Source: Mobula hypostoma (Eukaryota). Taken from it: a stretch of DNA of 64,000 nucleotides. Below are positions 25,025 through 38,489 of this stretch, one piece after another. Where the stretch lies: contig NC_086109.1 in assembly GCF_963921235.1 (NCBI RefSeq), forward strand, positions 22,756,001 to 22,820,000. Reading direction: 5' to 3'. A program made the translations under genes and the position numbers. The first letter of the stretch is position 1, and each line of letters starts with the position of its first letter. The notes under the pieces are model-generated. The model was given only the letters and a program-made list of their open reading frames with translations, had not been told where the DNA came from and did no database searches.

Positions 25025-25388
25025 TTTCGGGCGGATGGAGCTCATCAGCCGTGGTTGGCAGCTTCTCTAGGAGAATGAAAACTCTGATCTCGAATCTCCA
25101 CTGCCTTGCAGCTGTACCCGCTCATGGGGAAGGCTTCTGGAGAGAAGCCCAAGGAAAAATCGGGAGCCAGAGTCCCTAAGGCAGTCCCACGATGTGGTCA
25201 AAGATGACTGGCAACTTCTGGTGTTGGTCTCTGCTGTTCCTTTGGATTAATCAGTTGTGTGGAGAGTGGAGCCTGCAGCATGGGCAACAGCTTGCTCTGT
25301 ATGTCGTGCAGCCCTGGCTTGTTTGCGTATCATGCAGGTAGCTGGCATGCAAAATCCATGGTCGATCCCAACCAACGGAGAGCCTCAG
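25025..25388 (+). mobile_element. Short non-autonomous retroelement, possibly RTE-related
   Basis: GC-richer block with the motif taggagaatgaaaactctga and no ORF. The family assignment rests on recalled resemblance only. Confidence 0.4.
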
Positions 25389-25774
25389 GTGAGGAAGGAG
25401 AAAGATGAGCTTCACTGGAGGCTAAACACCAACATTGGCATGTATATGATGTTCCTGAGCTGACCATTTCATGTAAAAAGTGTTTTAAGTTGAGATACAA
25501 AAGCAAAATAGTTTGAAGTTGCTCAGACCAAATCTGCTTCACGTAACACAGCAATGATTATTAGTTCAGAGTACGGACAATTATTTAGCACTATATCCAG
25601 TAAAATGTAGACAAATATTAATGATTTCAAAGGATTTGTTACAAGATGTAATATTGACAGAGATTGCAAAATAAAATTTAATAGTCAATTCAACTGGCAA
25701 CCTACTGATACCTTCATCTTGACTGTATTGAGTGGAGGAATGTTGGTAGGGTGCTAATGAAGTGGTCTTACATA

Positions 25775-26930
25775 GAAACATAAAAACCTACAGCACACTA
25801 CAGGCCCTTCAGCCCACTACAGGAGGAATGGAGACAGACTAACCCCTATTGACATCAATGGGTCTGGGGTTGAGAGGGTGAACAGCTTTAAGTTCCTCGG
25901 CCTAAACATCACTGAGGATCTCACGTGGTCTGTACATACCGGCTGCATACTGAAAAAGGCACCACAGTGCCTCTTTCACCTCAGACAGTTGAGGAAGTTT
26001 GGTATGTGCCCCAAGATTCCAAGAACTTTCTATAGGGGTACAACTGAGGGCATCCTGACAGGCTGCATCACTGTCTGGTATGGGAACTGTACTTCCCTCT
26101 GTCGCGGGACACCACAGAGAGTGGTGTGGACAGCCCAGCGCATCTGCAGATGTGAACTTCCCACTATTAAGGACAATAACAAAGAAAGGATCGTTGGGGA
26201 CCTGAGTCACCCCAGCCACAAACTGTTCCAGCACTACCACCCTGGAAACAGTACCCCAGCATAAAAGCCAGGGCCAACAGGCTCCAGGACAGCTTCTTCC
26301 ACCAGGCTATCAGACTGAATAATTCATGCTGATGCAACTGTATTTCTATGTTATATTGACTATCCTGTTGTACATAATATTATTTTAATTACTATAAATT
26401 GCACACTTAGACGGAGATGTAATGTAAAGATTTTTACTCCTTGTGTATATGAAAGATGTAAGACATAAAGTCAATTCAATTCAATGTTGTGCCTATCATG
26501 TAACTTACTCCAGAAACTGCCTAGAATTTGCCTACCACATAGTCCTCTATTTTTCTAAGCTCCATGTACCTATTTAAGGGTCTCTTAAAAGACCCTATTT
26601 TATCCACCTCTACCACCTTCGCTGGCAGTGCATTCCACGCACCTACAACTCTCTGTGTGGAAAAACTTGCCTCTGGTTATCCATATGACCAACGTCTCGC
26701 ATCATCTTATAAACCTCTGTTAGGTCACCTCTCATCCTTCGTTACTCCAAGGAGAAAAGGCTAAGTTCACTCAACCTACTCTCATAAGGCACGGTCTCCA
26801 ATCCAGGCAACATCCTCGTAAATCTCCTCTGCACTCTCTCTATAGTATCCACATCAATTCCTGTAGTGAGGTGACCAGAACAGAACACAGTACTCCAAGT
26901 GGGATCTAACTAAGGTCTTATGTAGCTGTC
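25775..26930 (-). mobile_element. CR1 3' fragment with a Rex1 fragment nested inside
   Basis: Tail catagaaacata at 25771. CR1 resumes at about 26485. Confidence 0.8.
25821..26484 (+). mobile_element. Rex1/Babar LINE 3' fragment
   Basis: Reads NSFKFLGLNITEDLTWS..GILTGCITVWYGN. Tail (aattc)n. Confidence 0.9.
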
Positions 26931-27844
26931 TTATCTATACTCTTATGGGAGTGCTGGCATGTGCAGTGGCATAGTGTGGAGTGGAAGTATGCGTGTTCTC
27001 CTCATGGGTTTTCTGCTAATACTCCGGCTTCCTTCAATATCCCAAAGATCAGCGGGTGAGTAGGTTAATTGGCAACTGAAAATTGCTCCAGTTGTGCATA
27101 TAATTAGTAGAATCTGGAGGAGCTAATGAGAGTATGAAGAGAATAGAATGGACTTTATATAGAATTACTGTCAATGGTGTTTGCTGGTCAATATCCCTCC
27201 ACAGATGCTTCCTGGCCTGCAAACTAGTTACCGCATTTTATGTTTTTATCTCAGACTTCCATCATCTACAATGTTTTAACTTGCAAACATATTTTAAACT
27301 GATTTATAATAGCTGGCTGACTGAGAGTAAATAATAAATCAGATTATATAATCATTCTAGTTATTAAGGGTCCAAAATCAAAGCAGAAAAGGCTGTAAGC
27401 ACTTGGGAGCCTTTGCGAAGAAGGAATGGGGTCAATATTTGGGTTCAATAGAGTTGCATCAGAACTAGAAAGGTTAAAGATAAAACAGTTTGCAAACAAG
27501 CACTTGAGCAAAAAAGGGGAGAGGCAAATGAAAGAGCTAAAGTGAAGGGCAATGAAAGGATGAACGGAGGGATAGATTAAATTACAAATAGGATAATGAT
27601 GATGCAAGGTATGACAGGGCAGCGGTAGACAGATGCTGAAACAAAGGGCAAGTCCAGGCGAGACATAAATACAAGTAGTAGAATATTTACCTATGCCTGC
27701 TACCTGACAAAATAATGAGAGCTTGTGGTCAAAAATTGTTGAACTCATTGTGGAAAGTATCCAGTTAACAGTCAAGGTGCTGTTCCTCAAGTGTCCATAA
27801 TATTTCATTAGAACAATAAAGATGACCTAGGACAGAGATATTCA

Positions 27845-28255
27845 AAATTGAGGGGTATAGAGAGGGTAAATGGAAGCAGGCTTTTTCCACTGAGGTTGGG
27901 TGGGACAACAACTAGAGGTCATGGGTCAAGAGTGGAAGGTGAGAAGTTTAAGGGGAGTATGAAGGGAAACTTCTTCACTCATTGGATCATAAGATTGTGG
28001 AGCAAGCTGCCAGCACAAGTAGTGTATGCCAGCTCATTTCTCTCTTTGTCGTGTTTTACGGCGGTTGGCACCCAGCTTAATGGTGCATTACAGCTCATTT
28101 TTATGTTTGAGAAAAGTTTGGATAGATACATGGATGGTAGGGTATGGAGGGCTACGGTCCCGATGCAGGTCGAGGGTAGTAGGCAATCTAAATGGTTAGG
28201 CACGGACTAGATGGGCCGAAGGGCCTGTTTCTGTACTGTACTTTTCTATGACTCA
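27845..28255 (+). mobile_element. CR1 3' fragment
   Basis: Reads RLFPLRLGGTTTRGH. CR1 tail present. Confidence 0.85.
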
Positions 28256-28643
28256 ATGACAAGTACATCAAAGGGTGAATGGAATGAAGATCTACAATGC
28301 TAAGTGACGAATGTTCAAGGTTACGTTTGAAATCGTATTTCCTGAAAATTGAAGAATTAGCCTGTCCTAGTGCGGGTGTGACAGGCCTCACCAAATTATG
28401 TTTCTTTATTTTATGGTACTCTTGCTTCAACATGTGCAACTGGGCACAAACATAATTCACATCATAATGTTGTGTAGAACATAAAACTGGGATTCAGTCT
28501 AGGGTCCATATAAGGAGAAAATGGTTTGCTTGATACCTGGTAGGGGCTTCTCAGAGAATGAAACTCTCTGATCTATTAGTAGTTTGTGAGTTTCAATGTT
28601 TTCAAAATTCCAAGATCTTCGTTTCATTGACACAACATTGTAA

Positions 28644-28925
28644 CACCACGATAGCGTAGTGGTTAGCGTGACGCTATTGCAGCTCGGGGCGTTCCGAATT
28701 CAGATTTCAATTTCGGTAAGGAGTCTTCGTGGAATGTGTGGGTTTTCCCTGGGTGCTTCAGTTTCCTCCCACAGTCCAAAGACGTACCAAAAAGGTTAAT
28801 TGGTCAATGTAAATTGTCTTGTGATTACTGTGGATTAGGATAAAATTGGGATTGTCAGGGGTTGATGGGGTGGTATGGCTCGAAGATTCAGCAGGGCCTA
28901 CTCCACGCTGTTTTGCTAAATAAAT
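28644..28925 (+). mobile_element. tRNA-derived V-SINE (HE1-like)
   Basis: A-box tagcgtagtgg. V domain gggttttccctgggtgcttcagtttcctcccacagtccaaagac. Tail (taaa)n. Confidence 0.8.
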
Positions 28926-29636
28926 GGCACCCAGCGAACAACAAACAGGCACTTATTCGACCACTCTTGTTCAATTGATTATTTTACATCTACAGCTATC
29001 ACTTCAGACAACGTATTGGTGACAGCACTTTTACTGTGGAGTCAGAAGATTTGGTTCATTGCAAATACGTGAGCACCAAATCTAGCCCGAAGCAGCCATT
29101 TTAGGAGTGCTGCCCACTTGCTTCATACAATACCTCAGCATAGAAAAAATAACCCACAGTGTAAACTTTGGGAGGAAGTTTCAGAGCTCAGTTCACATAC
29201 ACCTGAACATGCTCAATGATGTAGTGAAGAACACTGGAGTTTCAGCAGAGGCCTGAATTTGAAGTGTGAGTCTGCACTCTATGAAAAGAAATCTAATTGT
29301 TCTGCATTAAATATTGTGGTAATATTTGAATGATACTGCAAATGTATTGTTTGATTAAGCATTCTTTGTTCATATAGTTCATTATGGGTAATATGTAGAA
29401 GTACATGAATGGCATACATCATCATGCCACCACGTCATATGTGCATGCCTCATTAAAATTAAAAATGAAGAGTACGCATTTATCCTGGTCTCCCCAAGTT
29501 TTTCTTTCGATTAGTTTTGAAATTAAAAACATAGCACAAATCTCTATTTTTGCCATTTTTCTACAGTTTTGAACTGATAGCCCTTTATTATTAATTTCCG
29601 TATTCAAAGAAAATCATCTTTGATTTAAATCTGTCG

Positions 29637-30190
29637 AAGTTCAAAGTAAATTTTATTACCAAAGTACACATTTGTCTCCATATACAACACTGAGATTAAC
29701 TTTGCTATGAGCATACTCAACGAATCTATAGAATAATAGCTATAACAGAATCAATGAAAGACTGCCCAATAAGGGCGTTCAAACAGAGTGCAGAAGACAA
29801 CAAACTGTGCCAATGCAAAAAGAAGAAACAATAATATAAATAAACAATAAATATTGAGAACGGGAGATGAAAAGCCTTTGAAAGTGAGTTCATTGGTTGT
29901 AGGAACATTTCAATGATGGGATGAGTGAAGTTATCCTCTTTGCTTCTGATGGATGATGGGTAATAACCATTCCTGAAACTGGTGGTGTGAGTCCCAAGGC
30001 TCCTGCACCTTCTTCCTGATGGCCCCAGTGAGAAGAGAGCATGTCCTGGGTGTGGGGATCCCTGATGATGGAAGTTGCTTTCCTGAGACAGCGCTTCCTG
30101 TAAATGTGCTCAATGGCTGGGGGGGCTTTAAACGTGATGGACTGGGCCGTATCCTGTCACCTTCTGCACGGAAGTTCTGTAGGGTTGTGA
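29637..30190 (-). mobile_element. Rex1/Babar LINE 3' fragment
   Basis: Tail aagttcaaagtaaa and 3' RT region as in the other copies. Confidence 0.8.
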
Positions 30191-30334
30191 TGAAATCTGT
30201 ATGTCTAAAAGTTGTTCACATCTGTGAGTTTACATTCAGATCCATCAATGACAAAATAAAATGAAGTTGAGATGCATAGCATAAAGAGAAGAAATAATAA
30301 TAATCTACTACATTTGAATAATGATTGTTTATTA

Positions 30335-31290
30335 TCCCATTGCTGTCTGTAAGGAGTTTGTACATTCTCTCCGTGACCACACGGGTTTCCTTTGGGTGCT
30401 CCGTTTTCCTCCCACATTGAAAAACATATTGGTCACATGGATAAATGGAGTGACACATGCTCACTGGGCCGGAAGGGCCTGTTACCATGCTGAATCTCTA
30501 AATAAAATAATCAAAAAGTAGCAGTATTTGGGAAAGTTCTGAGTTGGTCAAAATTCATTAATGTTTTTATTCAGCTTTTTCTTCCTTTCTTCTCTTCTTT
30601 CCTTCCTCCTTCATTCTCTGCTTTCCTTTTTCCTTTTTTCTTTCCTGATACTTTGAGTTTTTATTTATTTTGTTTCTATTTTTATTTAGATAGAGTACAG
30701 AACAGGCCTTTCAAGCCCAACAAGCTGCGTCACCCAGCAACCCACCTATTTAAGCTTGTCCTAATCACAGGATAACTTATGACTAATTAACCTACTAACT
30801 GGTATGTTTTTGGACTATGGGTGGAAACTGTAGCACCCAGAGGAAACCCATGTCATGGGGAGAATGTACGAACTCCTTACAGAGGCACCAGAATTGAACT
30901 CTGAACTCTGATACCTTGAGTAGTGTTGTGCTAACTCCTACACTGTTGTGGCATCCCATAATTTTAACCACAATTTACGGCCTGCTGGTACAGCAAATGC
31001 AGCTGACACCTTGCAAATCCATCAGCTGGCTCCATTCCTGACCTCTGGTGCTGGCTGTATTGAAGTTCGCATGATCTCACTGTGACTGTGTGAGCTGCTC
31101 TGATTACCTCTAACATCCTAAAGACACGCAGGCTAGTAGATTAATTTTCCTTAGAAGTTGCCCTAAGGAGGTAGTTGTGGTAAATCACAGGAGGAATTAA
31201 TGGGAATATGGGGAGATCATTGTAAATGGGCGTTGATGGTTAGCACAGAGTCAGTGGGCCGGAGGACCTTTTTCTGTATTGTTTTGACTC
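30335..31290. mobile_element. Cluster of three V-SINE copies (about 30335-30510 +, 30660-30955 -, 30975-31290 +)
   Basis: Repeated V-domain and tail motifs. Confidence 0.7.
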
Positions 31291-32221
31291 TAATTTCTTA
31301 ATTGAATTACAACTCTGTCTTATTCCCTTTGATCCTGGTGGTTTCTCGTATATGGATTTTTTTTTATTATATTCCAGCTTTTAAAATGCCAAGTTGGATT
31401 ATTCACGCAAGCAACAAAGCATCTCCTATCATTATTTTGGTTAGTAATCTCAAATGAATCATTTACTACTGTCCTCAATCCTGAGGGTGTTCTGTGCTCA
31501 TTTTGCTGAATTATCTTGGTTGCTATGATTAGATTTTTCTAAAATTGTTTGTTCAACTTTATGAGCAGATATTATCATCAGATCTACAACACCATAAACC
31601 TTAATATTGCTAGCAAAGGTTCCCTGAGGATTTGAGAGCATGTCAGGAAAAATCCTCCTCATTAATCTTGGCAAATAACTCATGTCAATGAGGATCTGAA
31701 ATTTGTACACTGAAGTTAAAATGAAGACATTAGAAATCATTTTGGGAAGTTAAAGAGAGCTTTCACACCCACAATATTTCAATTGAGATAAAAATATAAT
31801 CAAAGGCAGAGAGTTGTAAAGGTCTGACAACATGAAATCGCTTCTCTTGCACTTACAAAAGGCCGCATTACACAGCAGCGAGGAGTTGGGTGGATGGAAC
31901 ATTAAGAGTGGGAGGTTTGATGGAAAGATGAGCATGAGGGGAGGGAGTTGTACAATAATCCCCAGGAGCTGGTGATTGCACACAGGATGACTGGATGTGA
32001 GAGAGCAGCATTGAAAGCTTGTCCTGCCCCTTAGGACCTCCTGGTGTTAGCCATGGCTCAGTGGGTTGCATTCCTTCCTGTTAGTCATCGAGTCATAGAA
32101 CACTACAGCACATTAACAGGCTCTTCAGCCCATCTAGTCCATGCCAAAATATTATTCAGCCCAGCCCCACTGACCTGCACCCAGACCACAGCCCTCCATA
32201 CACCTCCCAAACTTGCACTGC

Positions 32222-34290
32222 AGAATCAGGTTTAGTATCATGGCATTTGTCATGACATTTATTGTTTTGCTGCAGCAGTACATTGCAATACATAATGATA
32301 AAAAACTATAAATTACAATAAGAAATATATATTTTAAAATTAAATTAAGTAAGTGGTGCATAAAGAGAGCAGATAAAAGTGAAGTGGCATTCATCGGTTC
32401 ATTGTCCATTCAGAAATCTAATGGCAGAGGGGAAGAAGCTGTTCCTGAAATGCTGAGTGTGTGTTTTCACACTCCTGTACCTCCTCTCTGATGGTAGCAA
32501 TGAGCAGAGGGTACGTCCTAGATGATGGGGGTCCTTAATGATGGATGCTGCCTTCTTGAGGCATTGCCTTTTTAAGGTGTCCTTCAAGCTGGGGAGTCTA
32601 GAGTCCATGATGGAGCTGGCTGGGTTTTCAACTTTATGCAAGTTTTTTCCAATCCTGTGCAGTGGCCTCACCATACCAGACAGTGATGGATTCAGTTAGA
32701 ATGCCCTCCACAGTACGTCTGCAGAAATTTGCTAGAGTCTCTGGTGACATACTAAGTCTCCTCAAATGAAATATATGAAATATAGCCACTACCATGCCTT
32801 CTTTATAATTGCGTCAATATGTTGGGCCCAGGATAAATCCTCAAAGATGTTGACACCCAGAAAATTCAAATTGCTCACCCTTTTCACTGCTGATCCCTTG
32901 TTGACGACTGGTGCATGTTCTCTCGACCTCCCCTTACTGAAACCCACAATCCTTGGTCTTACCGAAGTTGACTGCAAGGTTACTGTTGCGACACCCCTCA
33001 ATCAGCTGATCTACCTTGCTCCTGTACGCCTCCTCATCACCATCTGAAATTCTGCAATAGTTGTGTCATCAGCAAGTTTATAAATGGCGTTTGAGCTGTG
33101 CCTAGCCACACTGTCGTGGGTGTAGAGAGACAGTGGAGGAGTGGGCTAAGCACATATCCTGCAGGTGTGCCAGCGTTGATTGTCCGCAAGGAGCAGATGA
33201 CCCACACAGATTGTGGTCTTCTGATTAGGAAGTCGAGAATCCAGTTGCAGAGGGAGGTTTAGAGGCCCGGGTTTTGGAGTTTTTTGATTAGGAACTGAGA
33301 GTATGATTGTGTTGGATGCTGAGCAATAATCAATAAACATTTTAATATAGGTATCGCTATTGTCCAGGTAATCCGAGGCTGAGTGGAGAACCAGTAAGAT
33401 CGCATCCATTGTAGATCTGTTAAGGCGATAGCAAAATAAAATGGGTCCAGGTTCTTGCTTAGGCAGGAGTTAATTCTGGCCATGACCAACCTCTCAAAGC
33501 ACTTCATCTCAATAAATCTGAATGCATCTGGGTGATAGTTGTTCAGGCAGTTCACCCTGCTCTGCTTGGACACTGGCATGATTGTCACCCTTTTGAAGCA
33601 GTTGGGAATCTCTTACTGCAGCAGAGAGGAAATGTCCTTGAATATTCCTGCCATTTGGTTTGCATAGGTTTTCAGTGCCCTACCAGGTACACCATCAGAG
33701 GGGCTCCCCCTCATGAAAGATGTTCTGACATTAGCCTCTGAGACAGAGATCACAAGATCACCAGATGCTGCAGAGATTTGCACAGGTGCAGTTTTATTCT
33801 CCCCTTCAAAGGCATTGAGCTCATCTGTGACTAACAACCATTCATGATGATAAGTTTTGCCTTGTAGGAAGTAATGGCCTGGAAGCCCTGCCAAAGTTGA
33901 TGGGCATCGATTCTGTCTCTAACTTCAAATGGAATTTTTTTCTCTCTCTTAAAATAGCCTTTTGCAGGTCATACCTGGACTACTTGTATAGTATTAGATC
34001 TCCAGTCCTGAATGCTACAGATCTAGTGCTCAGCAGACTACAAATCTCCTGGTTCATCCAGGGATTTTGGTTTGGGTATGTCTGGTATGTTCTCAAAGGC
34101 ACAGACTTATCCATACAGGTGACACCTGTAGCGTATTCGTTCAGAATTGAAGGTGAGTCCTTGAACATTGTCCAGACCACCAACTCAAAGCAATCCTGTA
34201 AGCACTCCTCCACCTCCCATGACGGTACCTTTTTGCCTTCATCACTGGCGCTGTGGACTTTATTCTCTGCCTATACGCTGAGAGTAAATG
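32222..34290 (-). mobile_element. Long degraded Rex1/Babar LINE (RT pseudogene)
   Basis: Frameshifted pieces read LQDCFELVVW, YPNQNPWMN, CLNNYHP..MKCFERLVMARI and FIDYCSASNTI. Confidence 0.9.
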
Positions 34291-34329
34291 TACCGCCAGA
34301 TGACTGGGCTTTCCAGTGGCACGGCACAG

Positions 34330-34625
34330 TAAGTGCTTTTGATAGTGCTATATCCAACTTCCTCTTAAATGTTGAAATCAAACCCACATCCACCATTTTC
34401 ACTGGCAGCTAGTTCCACACTCTCACCACCTCTAAGTGAAGAAGTGTCCCCTCATGTTCCGCTTAAGCATTTTACATTTCACCGTTAACCTATGACCTCC
34501 AGTTCTAGTCTCAACCAATCTCAGAGGAAAAAACTTATCTATACCCCTAATTGTTTTGTAGACCTCTAACAAATCTCTCCTCATTCTCCTACACTCTAGG
34601 GAATAAAGTTCTAACCTATTCAACA
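34330..34625 (-). mobile_element. CR1 3' fragment
   Basis: Reads LELYSLECRRMRRDLLEVYK. Confidence 0.85.
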
Positions 34626-35349
34626 TTGGAGGCTAAAATCCAGCCAGAAGTTCATTGCAGTCCTATCAAACATTCTTTAAATTAAGGTTCTCTCTGCTCT
34701 CATTGCCAAGAAAAGCACCAGGAGGCCCTTCCTTGTATGAGGAGATGGATCGTCACTGGAGTGTAGTCTGTAATCTAGCCTTCAGGACTGAAAGCCCATC
34801 TGTGAGCAGTTCCATCATCTTATTATTCTGTTTTGTATGAAATTGTAGGGTGCGATATCCATTCATACAGCCACCAAGATGGGTCAAAGCCAAGACTCCA
34901 GGTTTTATATTGAGGTCTGACTTTCGGGGAGAGAAAAAAAATCACTTTACTCAACTCCCTTTCAAAGGCTGACATGAAGTCATTGTAGTTGCATCAGAAA
35001 TATGTGTCCAGCCAGATCCAATCAAAAGCCAACAAGGTAAATGACTACTTTAGTAGCTTCTTGATGTTTGGTTAAGGATAGGACAATGACCAGAATCCTT
35101 GTATAACTCATTCCAATTTGAAATTTCTGATGTTACAGTGATAACTATAATTCAAAAGGGCTTCCCTTGTTTTAGAGCACTTGAGACTTTGTAAAGGCAT
35201 AATATTAATTCAAGTCTATTCTCCTTCTGCAGTGAATGTAGAAGTTACCAGTAGAACATTACAGCCCTTTGGCCCATAATGTTGTGCCAACATTTTAACC
35301 TACTCTGCAATCAATTTAGCCCTTCCCTCTTACATAGACCTCCATTTTC

Positions 35350-38300
35350 ATAGAAACATAGAAACATAGAAAATAGGTGCAGGAGTAGGCCATTCGGCCC
35401 TTCGATCCTGCACCGCCATTTATTATGATCATGGCTGATCATCCAACTCAGAACCCCGCTCCAGCATTCCCTCTATACCCCCTGATCCCCGTAGCCACAA
35501 GGGCCATATCTAACTCCCTCTTAAATACAGCCAATGAACTGGCCTCAGCTGTTTCCTGTGGCAGAGAATTCCACAGATTCACCACTCTCTGTGTGAAGAA
35601 GTTTTTCCTAATCTCGGTCCTAAAAGGCATCCCCTTTATCCTCAAACTGTGACCCCTTGTTCTGGACTTCCCCATCATCGGGAACAATCTTCCTACATCT
35701 AGCCTGTCCAATCCCTTTAGGATTTTATACGTTTCAATCAGATCCCCCCTCAATCTTCTAAATTCCAATGAGTACAAGCCCAGTTCATCCAGTCTTTCTT
35801 CATATGAAAGTCCTGCCATCCCAGGAATCAATCTGGTGAACCTTCTTTGTACTCCCTCTATGGCAAGGATGTCTTTCCTCAGATTAGGGGACCAAAACTG
35901 CACACAATACTCCAGGTGTGGTCTCACCAAGGCCTTGTACAACTGCAGTAGTACCTCCCTGCTCCTGTACTCGAATCCTCTCGCTATAAAAGCCAGCATA
36001 CCATTCACCTTTTTCACCGCCTGCTGTACCTGCATGCCCACTTTCAATGACTGGTGTATAATGACACCCAGGTCTCGTTGCACCTCCCCTTTTCCTAATC
36101 GGCCACCATTCAGATAATAATCTGTTTTCCTATTTTTGCCACCAAAGTGGATAACTTCACATTTATCCACATTAGATTGCATCTGCCATGAATTTGCCCA
36201 CTCACTCAACCTATCCAAGTCACTCTGCATCCTCTTAGCATCCTCCTCACAGCTAACACTGCCACCCAGCTTCGTGTCATCCGCAAACTTGGAGATGCTG
36301 CATTTAATTCCCTCATCCAAGTCATTAATATATATTGTAAACAACTGGGGTCCCAGCACTGAGCCTTGCGGTACCCCACTAGTCACCGCCTGCCATTCTG
36401 AAAAGGTCCCGTTTATTCCCACTCTTTGCTTCCTGTCTGCTAACCAATTCTCCATCCACATCAATACCTTACCCCCAATACCGTGTGCTTTAAGTTTGCA
36501 CACTAATCTCCTGTGTGGGACCTTGTCAAAAGCCTTTTGAAAATCCAAATATACCACATCCACTGGTTCTCCCCCATCCACTCTACTAGTTACATCCTCA
36601 AAAAATTCTATGAGATTCGTCAGACATGATTTTCCTTTCACAAATCCATGCTGACTTTGTCCGATGATTTCACCGCTTTCCAAATGTGCTGTTATCACAT
36701 CTTTGATAACTGACTCCAGCAGTTTCCCCACCACCGACATTAGGCTAACCGGTCTATAATTCCCCGGTTTCTCTCTCCCTCCTTTTTTAAAAATTGGGGT
36801 TACATTAGCCACCCTCCAATCCTCAGGAACTAGTCCAGAATCTAACGAGTTTTGAAAAATCATCACTAATGCATCCACTATTTCTTGGGCTACTTCCTTA
36901 AGCAGTCTAGGATGCAGACCATCTGGCCCTGGGGATTTATCTGCCTTCAATCCCTTCAATTTACCTAACACCACTTCCCTACTAACATGTATTTCGCTCA
37001 GTTCCTCCATCTCACTGGACCCTCTGTCCCCTACTATTTCTGGAAGATTATTTATGTCCTCCTTAGTGAAGACAGAACCAAGGTAATCATTCAATTGGTC
37101 TGCCATGTCCTTGCTCCCCATAATCAATTCACCTGTTTCTGTCTGTAGGGGACCTACATTTGTCTTTACCAGTCTTTTCCTTTTTACATATCTATAAAAG
37201 CTTTTACAGTCAGTTTTTATGTTCCCTGCCAGTTTTTTCTCATAATCTTTTTTCTCCTTCCTAATTAAGCCCTTTGTCCTCCTCTGCTGAACTCTGAATT
37301 TCTCCCAGTCCTCAGGTGAGCCACTTTCTCTGGCTAATTTGTATGCTTCTTCTTTGGAATTGATACTATCCCTAATTTCTCTTGTCAGCCACGGGTGCAC
37401 TACCTTCCTTGATTTATTCTTTTGCCAAACTGGGATGAACAATTGTTGTAGTTCATCCATGCAACCTTTAAATGCTTGCCATTGCATATCCACCGTCAAT
37501 CCTTTAAGTGTCATTTGCCAGTCTATCTTAGCTAATTCACGTCTCATACCTTCAAAGTTACCCCTCTTTAAGTTCAGAACCTTTGTTTCTGAATTAACTA
37601 TGTCACTCTCCATCTTAATGAAGAATTCCACCATATTATGGTCACTCTTACCCAAGGGGCCTCTCACGACAAGATTGCTAATTAACCCTTCCTCATTGCT
37701 CAAAACCCAGTCCAGAATAGCCTGCTCTCTAGTTGGTTCCTCGACATGTTGGTTCAAAAAACCATCCCGCATACATTCCAAGAAATCCTCTTCCTCAGCA
37801 CCTTTACCAATTTGGTTCACCCAATCTACATGTAGATTGAAGTCACCCATTATAACTGCTGTTCCTTTATTGCACACATTTCTAATTTCCTGTTTAATAC
37901 CATCTCCGACCTCACTACTACTGTTAGGTGGCCTGTACACAACTCCCACCAGCGTCTTCTGCCCCTTAGTGTTACGCAGCTCTACCCATATTGATTCCAC
38001 ATCTTCCCGGCTTATGTCCTTCCTTTCTATTGCGTTAATCTCTTCTTTAACCAGCAACGCCACCCCACCTCCCCTTCCTTCATGTCTATCCCTCCTGAAT
38101 ATTGAATATTCCTGAACGTTGAGCTCCCATCCTTGGTCACCCTGGAGCCATGTCTCTGTGATCCCATCTATATCATAATCATTAATAACAATCTGCACTT
38201 TCAATTCATCCACCTTATTACGAATGCTCCTTGCATTGACACACAAAGCCTTCAGGCGCTCTTTTACAACCCTTTTAGCCCTTATACAATTATGTTGAAA

Positions 38301-38489
38301 AGTGGCCCTTTTTAATGCTTGCCCTGGATTTGTCGGCCTGCCGCTTTTACTTTTCTCCTTAGTACTTTTTGCTTCTACCCTCACTTTACACCCCTCTGTC
38401 TCTCTGCACCGGTTCCCATCCCCCTGTTGTGAACTAACCTCCTCACGCCTAGTCTCTTTAATTTGATTCCCACCCCCCAACCATTCTAG
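35350..38489 (-). mobile_element. Young CR1 LINE lacking ORF1 but with the whole of ORF2
   Basis: Tail (tttctatg)n. TSD TTTTC at 35345-35349 and 38490-38494. Inserted into an older CR1 tail. Confidence 0.97.

Noticed and set aside
29220..29536. Possible third solo LTR (TG...CA)
   Set aside because: No convincing TSD or terminal inverted repeat could be fixed.
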